Shown here in pieces: positions 27,692 through 34,381 of a stretch of DNA of 64,000 nt. Positions within the stretch are counted from its first letter, which is position 1. Every line of letters begins with the position of its first letter. The position numbers and the translations under genes are program-made. The DNA comes from Candidatus Gottesmanbacteria bacterium RIFCSPLOWO2_01_FULL_43_11b (GTDB lineage Bacteria; Patescibacteriota; Microgenomatia; UBA10105; UBA927): positions 37,466 through 101,465 of the forward strand of contig MFJV01000001.1 in assembly GCA_001780985.1 (NCBI GenBank), given 5' to 3'. A model generated the notes under the pieces. It was not told where the DNA came from and did not search any database. It saw only the letters and a list, made by a program, of their open reading frames with translations.

Positions 27692-28386
27692 TATTCTTCG
27701 CCTCTATCGATAATATAGTTTTCTATCACCTTCGCTTCTTGTTCTGAAATAACCGCATCCACAAACTCTTTATATCGATTCGGCAACCCCTTAAAATACG
27801 AAAGTACCAAATCCGTACTCGTTACTTGTTGGAAGGTTCGCATACTTCCAATCGCATACACACGGTAATCGCTGAATAACCAATGTTCAGGTTTCTGTAC
27901 TAACCCAGCAACTACCGGATTCAAATGAATGTACCGAACTACTTGTAAAAGATCTGGGTCGCTAGGGATATTTTTGATTTTGAATCTTCCCTGAAAAATA
28001 GCTCCTTCACGATTATACTTTTTATTAAACTTGTGGCTGTACGTAATACACAGCCTTCGCACCAACTCCGGTATTGGTTGAAAGGAGACGGGATTTGTTT
28101 CTGCTTTTTGTTGAATCAAAAGATGAAAATGATTAGGCATAAGACAATAAGCGAGTACGGAAAGTAAAGACTTAAATAATCCGTTGCTTTTTGGATCGGC
28201 TTTATACGTGACAGGAACTGGAAGGTTCGCATCCTTCTTCTCCGGAAAACCAGCAACAAGATATCGAAGAATATCTTCAAAACTATGGTAATCCTCTGAA
28301 TCTAAAAACGTTGGAAGCTTCGCGACCCCTCTGTTGTATATATGATAGACTCCGTGTTCGAAGTATTCTGGTCGAAAATGGGGCAT
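27691..28386 (-). CDS. IS200-like HUH tyrosine transposase of the REP-associated (RAYT/TnpA-REP) type
   Basis: YHIYNRG, HUH motif MPNHFHLL, and the C-terminal catalytic-Tyr region RYIHLNPVVAGLV...HWLFSDY resemble E. coli RayT/YafM. Flanked by REP-like copies at both ends and containing two more (GSMRTF, KDANLP) in-frame. Start taken at the internal ATG (MPHFRP); the TTG-extended ORF would absorb copy h. Confidence 0.65.
   Translation of the reverse strand: MPHFRPEYFEHGVYHIYNRGVAKLPTFLDSEDYHSFEDILRYLVAGFPEKKDANLPVPVTYKADPKSNGLFKSLLSVLAYCLMPNHFHLLIQQKAETNPVSFQPIPELVRRLCITYSHKFNKKYNREGAIFQGRFKIKNIPSDPDLLQVVRYIHLNPVVAGLVQKPEHWLFSDYRVYAIGSMRTFQQVTSTDLVLSYFKGLPNRYKEFVDAVISEQEAKVIENYIIDRGEE
27831..27849 (+). 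repeat. REP-like palindromic element, copy f (inside the RAYT gene)
   Basis: GGAAGGTTCGCATACTTCC, translated on the minus strand as GSMRTF. Confidence 0.8.
28220..28237 (+). repeat. REP-like palindromic element, copy g (inside the RAYT gene, C-variant)
   Basis: GGAAGGTTCGCATCCTTC, translated as KDANLP. Confidence 0.75.
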
Positions 28387-28390
28387 TAAT

Positions 28391-28409
28391 GGAAGGTTCG
28401 CATACTTCC
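28391..28409 (+). repeat. REP-like palindromic element, copy h (just upstream of the RAYT start)
   Basis: GGAAGGTTCGCATACTTCC, 5 nt upstream of the ATG. Confidence 0.8.
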
Positions 28410-28422
28410 ATCGTGTAGTCAA

Positions 28423-29217
28423 CTACTCAGCTTTGATGATAAAAGTTAAAAGCTTCATTCCGGCACCAAAGTCCCGTTCGTAGAGGGCGATGCGCGCTGT
28501 CTCCCGAATCTTCTTTCCCCAATCTGACGGATTTTCAAAAATTCCCTCAAGAAATGCCTGTGACCCTCTCGGTTGCCAGAAAGAAAATTTGCTTGTCTGA
28601 TTCACTGTCGTAAATGAGTCAAGGTGTGCGTAAATCGTCTCAAGTTGTTCGTAGTCATGAGCATTGGGATGTTCGTTACTTGGCGGGCCGTCGGGATCAC
28701 TTGTGTAGTCCATGCATGTCCCTAAATTTGGATTATCAAAAGCTTCATCCTGATGGTCAAGCCCCAGCGTGTGGCCAACCTCCTGACACATCACGAGGTT
28801 TTTCCACGCCGGCGTATTGTATGTTGAAGTATTAAAGTAGCTATCGTTTACTTTCGCTAAACCTTTCGTAATATGGTCTCCGCTCACCCAAATCTGAGCC
28901 AGTCCCAACCAGCCATTTCGACCATAGCGATAATTACATGCTTCGACACGTCCGCTGGTTGCGCGACATCGACGCGCATTGGTTCCCCCGGCAACAATCG
29001 TAGTATCAAGCACGGACGAAACGCTCCAGTCGCTTGAGGTCGTCACCAGGTACGGATCCCAGCTTGAGGAAAGATTGTCTCCGAGTTTAAGAGTAAATGG
29101 ATTGGCGGTTCGCGCCCAGTGGTAGTTTCCCCACGAGTGATTCGCTTTTGCCGTTCCGGTATATGAAAAGAAGAAAAAACCTAAAAGAAGCAAAACAAAC
29201 AGTTTAACAAGTTTCAT
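28423..29217 (-). CDS. Secreted zinc metalloprotease of the metzincin type (HExxHxxGxxH)
   Basis: Signal peptide. CQEVGHTLGLDHQ zinc-binding motif. Snapalysin/matrixin-like size. Confidence 0.65.
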   Translation of the reverse strand: MKLVKLFVLLLLGFFFFSYTGTAKANHSWGNYHWARTANPFTLKLGDNLSSSWDPYLVTTSSDWSVSSVLDTTIVAGGTNARRCRATSGRVEACNYRYGRNGWLGLAQIWVSGDHITKGLAKVNDSYFNTSTYNTPAWKNLVMCQEVGHTLGLDHQDEAFDNPNLGTCMDYTSDPDGPPSNEHPNAHDYEQLETIYAHLDSFTTVNQTSKFSFWQPRGSQAFLEGIFENPSDWGKKIRETARIALYERDFGAGMKLLTFIIKAE

Positions 29218-29251
29218 ACATTTCGTATCCTACCTAACAAGTCTAAGTAAG

Positions 29252-29269
29252 CTTGACAATAATGTCAAG
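29252..29269. promoter_or_regulatory. Perfect palindrome CTTGACAATAATGTCAAG; candidate operator carrying a TTGACA -35 box in each direction
   Basis: 7-4-7 inverted repeat 35 bp upstream of the metalloprotease start. On the minus strand it reads TTGACA-17-TAGACT. Confidence 0.4.
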
Positions 29270-29371
29270 TGATGGTTTTCTTAAATATGGGGAGCTCGTG
29301 AAACGGGCTGAGAGTTCCGTCAGTAGACGGATGACCCTTTGAACCTGTTCGGATAATGCCGGCGGAGGGAC

Positions 29372-30064
29372 ATGAACGTAGAACGCGTATTTCTCAAACG
29401 AATCGATAAAGCAAATCTCGTGTGTCAACAACACCAAATTTGTAACCACGACCACAAGCATCACAAACGCGTTCTTGAAAACGCACTTGTTATAAACAGC
29501 ATCCTACCAAAACCTTTTAACGAACGGGATATACATACACTTGTTCTCGGCCATGACATCGGCTATAGTTGCCAAGGAATTGTCTGGGTAGGGAAAAATG
29601 CTATTAATCATGCTCAACGAGGTAATGAAGTTCTCAAACGCGCTGCGACAATATTTCTGAGAGGCCAAGAAAAAATCGCCGTAGTCGCGCTTATTAATAC
29701 ACTCCCCACAAACACAAAAGAAGCCATAGCACGTCTTGAGGCAACCGATCCTCTTCCTGCCGCAATTAAACTGGCTGATTGTCTAGACTACTTTCACACT
29801 GATCGTGTCAAGCATGTCCCTCAACCCTATCCTGACGAACATAACTACTACTTTTTAGCTAAGAGTGTTACGTCATACACAATCCATAACGAAGCACCCA
29901 AAACACTCGCATGGACCATTGATCTCAAGCCGGGCGTCGACAAAACCTTGTGGGAGTCGACCGCACAAGCAAATTTTCAACAAATTTTTACTCTTGCAGA
30001 ACTCTTTGCACAACGACTGCATTTTACATTTCGACTCGCATTGACATTGAATGGGGAGGCATGA
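29372..30064 (+). CDS. Hypothetical protein, possibly an HD-domain phosphohydrolase
   Basis: H..H...LVLGHDIGY...D pattern compatible with an HD domain. Weak. Confidence 0.3.
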   Translation: MNVERVFLKRIDKANLVCQQHQICNHDHKHHKRVLENALVINSILPKPFNERDIHTLVLGHDIGYSCQGIVWVGKNAINHAQRGNEVLKRAATIFLRGQEKIAVVALINTLPTNTKEAIARLEATDPLPAAIKLADCLDYFHTDRVKHVPQPYPDEHNYYFLAKSVTSYTIHNEAPKTLAWTIDLKPGVDKTLWESTAQANFQQIFTLAELFAQRLHFTFRLALTLNGEA

Positions 30065-30136
30065 TATAAAACGTATACTTCTCGCTTGTATGAGACCTTA
30101 CCAACCTCAAAGAGAAGCGCTCTATCTGCGTAAAGA

Positions 30137-30195
30137 TAGAAAGTGAGTCACCAAGTTGGATGGAACCTCCCGCAAAGCGGGATCCAACAAGTAGG
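30137..30195 (+). promoter_or_regulatory. Structured leader/attenuator upstream of thrS (compound hairpin plus T6)
   Basis: TCACCAAGTTGGAT-[TCCCGC-AAA-GCGGGA]-ATCCAACAAGTAGGTGGC followed by TTTTTT. A further imperfect palindrome lies at 30223-30262. Confidence 0.4.
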
Positions 30196-30324
30196 TGGCT
30201 TTTTTGATGTGTTAGTTAATAAGTGAATTCTGATTCACGAATTTACTAACTATCAATCCCGTATCAGCGCTCCTCGCGAGTGCGAGGCTGTAAGCCTCCA
30301 GCGCGAGGCAAGCTTGGTACTGGG

Positions 30325-32100
30325 ATGGTGTACAATAAAATTATGAACGACGAACAATTAACCAATTTGCGTCACTCTGCTGCACATCTACTTGCCAAAG
30401 CGGTCAAGGAATTATGGCCTGGAGCACACAACGCAATTGGCCCCGCCATTGAAAACGGGTTTTATCAGGATTTTGATATGGGTGACCATAAAATTTCTGA
30501 AGAGGACTTTCCCAAAATTGAAGCGAAAATGAGAGAAATTCTTCCCACCTGGCAAAAATTCTCATTCAACGAAGTCACACTCGCAGAAGCCAAGAAATTA
30601 TTTAAAGACAATAAATATAAAGTGGAAATGGCAACTGAATTTGCTAAAGAGGGCAAAAAACTCATGACCAACGATCCGGGCGACTTTTTGGATCTTTGCA
30701 AAATGGGTCACGTAGAAAACCCATCAAAAGAACTTATTCACTTCAAGCTTCTTTCAGTTGCCGGCGCCTACTGGCGGGGGAGTGAAAAGAATAAGATGCT
30801 CACAAGAATTTACGGCACCTGCTGGCCGTCTCAAAAAGAACTCGATTCCTACCTTCATCAACTCGAAGAAGCCAAAAAACGCGACCACAGAAAGCTCGGA
30901 AAAGACCTTGGGTTGTTCGTATTCTCAGATCTTGTTGGTGCTGGACTCCCGCTTCTCACGCCGAAAGGCGCAACAATCCGGCGGATTCTGGAGCGATTCA
31001 TAGTGGATGAGGAGCTCAAACGCGGCTACAGCCATGTGTATACCCCTCCTCTTGCTAAAGTCGATTTATACCGAACTAGCGGTCATTATCCTTACTACAA
31101 AGAGACGATGTACCCGTCGATGAAAATAGATGAGGATGAGCTCATTTTGCGCCCTATGACTTGTCCTCATCACTTTATGCTTTACAAATCCGAACCAAGA
31201 AGTTATCGCGACCTTCCTATCCGATATGCCGAAATTTCGCCACAATTCAGATACGAAAAAAGCGGAGAACTCACAGGGCTTATGAGGGTTCGTACATTCA
31301 TGCTTTCTGATGCGCATATTATTACCCAGCCTGAAAATGCAAAAAGTGAAATCAGGAAGGTTCTTGATCTTATCGACTATGTGAACAAATCTTTGGGACT
31401 TACACGTGGTCGCGATTATCGCTACCGACTCTCACTTGGCGACAGAAATGAAGAGATAAAATACCAGAAGGATGACGCTGCATGGGATAAGGCAGAAGCC
31501 ATTCTTCGTCAAGTGCTCGATGAAGTAAAAGCGCCCTATTTTGAAGCGCCAAACGAGGCGGCATTTTATGGACCAAAAATAGACGTACAGATTAAAAACG
31601 TCAACGGGAAAGAAGATACTGCATTTACAGTTCAGTATGACTTCGTCATGCCGAAACGCTTTAAACTTACATACATCGATCAGTCAGGCAAAGAAGTACA
31701 GCCGGTTGTGGTGCACAGAGCCTCCCTGGGCGCTTTTGAACGAACGATAGCGTTCCTTATTGAGAAGTACGCGGGAGCGTTCCCTTTGTGGCTCGCGCCC
31801 GTTCAGGTTGAGGTCATTCCTATTGCCGAACGGCACAATAAAGCCGCTCTAGAGGCCGTAGAGAGGCTAAAAACGGTAGATATACGGGCAGAGGCAGATA
31901 CAAGGAATGAACCTATGCAGGCTAAAGTGAGAAATCATGCGTTGCAAAAAGTGCCATATCTGGCTATAATCGGAGATCAGGAGTTAAAAAATCAGACCCT
32001 CGCAATTCGTACGCGGGGAGGTAAGGATCTCAAAGGGCTAACCTTTGAGGATTTCCTTGCCAAGCTCAAAGAAGAGATTGAAGCCAAGCTACCAACGTAA
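30325..32100 (+). CDS. thrS: Threonyl-tRNA synthetase (compact form lacking the N-terminal TGS domain)
   Basis: HSAAHLLAKA editing-site motif and class II aaRS motifs (FRYE, GLTRG). Alternative start at 30343. Confidence 0.85.
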   Translation: MVYNKIMNDEQLTNLRHSAAHLLAKAVKELWPGAHNAIGPAIENGFYQDFDMGDHKISEEDFPKIEAKMREILPTWQKFSFNEVTLAEAKKLFKDNKYKVEMATEFAKEGKKLMTNDPGDFLDLCKMGHVENPSKELIHFKLLSVAGAYWRGSEKNKMLTRIYGTCWPSQKELDSYLHQLEEAKKRDHRKLGKDLGLFVFSDLVGAGLPLLTPKGATIRRILERFIVDEELKRGYSHVYTPPLAKVDLYRTSGHYPYYKETMYPSMKIDEDELILRPMTCPHHFMLYKSEPRSYRDLPIRYAEISPQFRYEKSGELTGLMRVRTFMLSDAHIITQPENAKSEIRKVLDLIDYVNKSLGLTRGRDYRYRLSLGDRNEEIKYQKDDAAWDKAEAILRQVLDEVKAPYFEAPNEAAFYGPKIDVQIKNVNGKEDTAFTVQYDFVMPKRFKLTYIDQSGKEVQPVVVHRASLGAFERTIAFLIEKYAGAFPLWLAPVQVEVIPIAERHNKAALEAVERLKTVDIRAEADTRNEPMQAKVRNHALQKVPYLAIIGDQELKNQTLAIRTRGGKDLKGLTFEDFLAKLKEEIEAKLPT

Positions 32101-32122
32101 ATTTTACAAGCTAAACTACCAA

Positions 32123-32605
32123 ATCACGAGTCCGCAGGTGCGGCTTTTGGATGAGGCAGGGAAGCAAATCGGCGTTGTCAGTAAACTTGAGGCGCTGCAA
32201 AAAGCCAAAGAAGCTGGCATAGACGTCGTTGAAATTGCGCAGAATGCAAAGCCGCCGGTGGCAAAGCTTATTGATTTTAAAAAATTTAAGTATCAGGAGT
32301 CCAAAAAGGAGCGGGAAAGCAGAAAGAGCCAGAAAAATGTCGGTGTTAAAGAAATCAGGCTTCGGCCATTTATCGGCGCTCACGATTTTAATACACGGGT
32401 AGCAAAAGGAAAAGAGTTTCTAAAAGACGGTAATCAGGTAAAATTGAGCGTATTTTTCCGGGGTCGGGAGATTACAAGAAAAGAATTCGGGTACGATATC
32501 ATGAAGCGCTATATTGGGCAGATGGAATCGATCAAAGTCGTCAGAGAACCGCATATGGAAGGAAGGACACTCGTAGCAATGCTCGTTAATGTCAAAAAAT
32601 CATGA
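32123..32605 (+). CDS. infC: Translation initiation factor IF-3; the start is non-canonical and uncertain (ATC at 32123 or GTG at 32138)
   Basis: VRLLDEAGKQIGVVS...AKPPVAKLIDFKKFKYQ is typical of IF-3. There is no in-frame ATG after the thrS stop, consistent with the AUU/AUC autoregulatory starts known for infC. Confidence 0.7.
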   Translation: MTSPQVRLLDEAGKQIGVVSKLEALQKAKEAGIDVVEIAQNAKPPVAKLIDFKKFKYQESKKERESRKSQKNVGVKEIRLRPFIGAHDFNTRVAKGKEFLKDGNQVKLSVFFRGREITRKEFGYDIMKRYIGQMESIKVVREPHMEGRTLVAMLVNVKKS

Positions 32606-32796
32606 AAGTTAAAACGAAAAAAATTGTTTCAAAACGATTTAAAGTTACCGGAACCGGTAAAATTATGCACCGGGTGCAGGGAGCACGGCATCTTCGGAGG
32701 AAAAAAAGTAAAAGGAGACAGCGAAGACAGGATAAAATGGTTCAAGTAACCACACGAGCGTTTGAACGAAACATTGCCCGATTTCTTGATGTCTAA
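32602..32796 (+). CDS. rpmI: Ribosomal protein L35
   Basis: MKVKTKKIVSKRFKVTGTGK. ATGA overlap with infC. Confidence 0.85.
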   Translation: MKVKTKKIVSKRFKVTGTGKIMHRVQGARHLRRKKSKRRQRRQDKMVQVTTRAFERNIARFLDV

Positions 32797-32798
32797 CT

Positions 32799-33149
32799 AT
32801 GAGAATAAAACGGGGAGTAACCAGTCACGCCAAACATAAAAAATTACTGCGATCAACAAAAGGCTATCGCATGACCAAGCGCCGGCTCGTTCGTGTAGCT
32901 CGGGAAGCCTATCTTCATGCGGGTGAATATGCATTTGCAGGGAGAAAAAACCGGAAGCGCGATTTCCGAAGACTGTGGATTACAAGAATTTCCGAGGCAG
33001 TCAAACTACGGGGACTCTCATACAGTTCATTTATCCATAAACTTAAAGAAGCAAACATTGAACTCGACCGGAAGGTACTTGCAGATCTCGTCGTCGAAGA
33101 CCCTGAAGTTTTCGAAGAAGTTCTTGATGAAGTAAAATCAGTGAATTGA
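32799..33149 (+). CDS. rplT: Ribosomal protein L20
   Basis: MRIKRGVTSHAKHKKLL...RDFRRLWITRI. Confidence 0.9.
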   Translation: MRIKRGVTSHAKHKKLLRSTKGYRMTKRRLVRVAREAYLHAGEYAFAGRKNRKRDFRRLWITRISEAVKLRGLSYSSFIHKLKEANIELDRKVLADLVVEDPEVFEEVLDEVKSVN

Positions 33150-33154
33150 TTCTT

Positions 33155-33180
33155 GTCATTCCGGGCTTGACCCGGAATCC
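33155..33180 (+). repeat. Second palindromic repeat family, copy 1 (GTCATTCCGGGCTTGACCCGGAATCC)
   Basis: Stem ATTCCGGG / CCCGGAAT around a CTTGA loop, 5 nt after the rplT stop. Confidence 0.7.
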
Positions 33181-33217
33181 GCCTCATTTCCTTCTTGACC
33201 TATTATCACTCCCAGTA

Positions 33218-33243
33218 CCCCGCACAAGCGGGGTTTATTTTTT
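33218..33243 (+). terminator. Intrinsic terminator (CCCCGC-ACAA-GCGGGG + T-run) between rplT and pheS
   Basis: Perfect 6-bp GC stem followed by TTTATTTTTT. Ends the thrS-infC-rpmI-rplT unit or attenuates pheST. Confidence 0.7.
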
Positions 33244-33275
33244 GGAGCGTAAAACGTACAATAAAATAGATTGAT

Positions 33276-34376
33276 ATGGCGGAAGAAATTATATCGGCGA
33301 CGAATTTAATTAGTTTGCTTATTCAGGCTCAAGAGGAAGCGCTTGAGCTTATTAAATCGGGTAGTAAATCAAGTGAAGAACTTCGACTGCTAATTTTAGG
33401 GGCAAAAAGCGATATCGCTCGTCTCACCAAACAAATCCGGCTTGTTTCCAAAGAAGAACGGCAAAAGGTGGGGCCGGTTGTAACTCAAGTTAAACGGTCG
33501 ATCGAAGAAGCCCTCGGACAACTACCGACCCGGAATGTATCAAAAGAATGGATTGACGTTACTATGTCCGGGATTCGTCCTCCCCAAGGGCACCTTCACA
33601 TTGTCTCGCAGGCAATCATAGAAATCACGAGAATTTTTGAGCGTATTGGGTTTACCCGCGTACGGCATCCGGAGGTTGACTGGGACTGGTATGCGTTTGA
33701 ATCCCTCAATATGCCGGCAAATCATCCGGCACGGGATGAATGGGAAACGTTTTTTATAGAGTCTTCTTTGTCATTCCGGCCGTTGAGCCGGAATCCATCA
33801 TCGAGAAAAACCCGGATCCCGGGTCGAGCCCAGGATGACAATCAGCATATTGTTCTGACTCCCCATACATCCAACGGACAGGTTCGGGAAATGGAAAAAA
33901 AGAATTTACCTATACGGATGATTAACATTGCAAAATGTTACCGCAGACAATCAGATGTATCACATGTCCCCATGTTTCATCAATTCGAGGGATTATATAT
34001 AGACAGAAGTGTTTCCATCGGGCACCTGAAAGGTGTTCTTGATTATTTTGTTAAACAATTTTTCGGGCCTCAAAGAAAGTCGCGTATCAGACCATTTCAT
34101 TTTCAATTTACTGAACCGTCGTTTGAAGTCGATATAACGTGCGGAGTCTGTTTAGGAAAAGGTTGTAAACTCTGTAAGTCCGGCTGGCTGGAATTAGGTG
34201 GTGCAGGCATGGTACACCCTGAAGTTCTCAAAAACGGTGGTATTGATCCTGAAAAATATTCAGGTTTTGCGTTCGGATGGGGAATAGAGCGAACCTACAT
34301 GATGAAAGCAGGAACACAACTAGACGATATAAGATTATTGTATTCAAACGATATACGTTTCTTAGAACAATTTTAA
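33276..34376 (+). CDS. pheS: Phenylalanyl-tRNA synthetase alpha subunit carrying an in-frame insertion of about 25 aa derived from a palindromic element
   Basis: HPARDEWETF...HVPMFHQFEGL, FTEPSFEV and GLGLERT-like motifs. The insertion SSLSFRPLSRNPSSRKTRIPGRAQDDNQ sits where E. coli PheS has only TTR. Confidence 0.85.
   Translation: MAEEIISATNLISLLIQAQEEALELIKSGSKSSEELRLLILGAKSDIARLTKQIRLVSKEERQKVGPVVTQVKRSIEEALGQLPTRNVSKEWIDVTMSGIRPPQGHLHIVSQAIIEITRIFERIGFTRVRHPEVDWDWYAFESLNMPANHPARDEWETFFIESSLSFRPLSRNPSSRKTRIPGRAQDDNQHIVLTPHTSNGQVREMEKKNLPIRMINIAKCYRRQSDVSHVPMFHQFEGLYIDRSVSIGHLKGVLDYFVKQFFGPQRKSRIRPFHFQFTEPSFEVDITCGVCLGKGCKLCKSGWLELGGAGMVHPEVLKNGGIDPEKYSGFAFGWGIERTYMMKAGTQLDDIRLLYSNDIRFLEQF
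33770..33839 (+). repeat. Inverted pair of second-family palindromic units inserted in-frame within pheS
   Basis: GTCATTCCGGCCGTTGAGCCGGAATCC (33770-33796), then a 17-nt spacer, then the reverse-oriented unit GGATCCCGGGTCGAGCCCAGGATGAC (33814-33839). Both closely match copy 1 at 33155. Confidence 0.7.
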
Positions 34377-34381
34377 AATTT

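Noticed and set aside
27691-28422. Full TTG-initiated RAYT ORF (243 aa) as given in the ORF track
   Set aside because: The first 12 codons would translate REP-like copy h. An ATG (MPHFRP) follows immediately downstream of the element, so the shorter start is preferred. The long form cannot be excluded.
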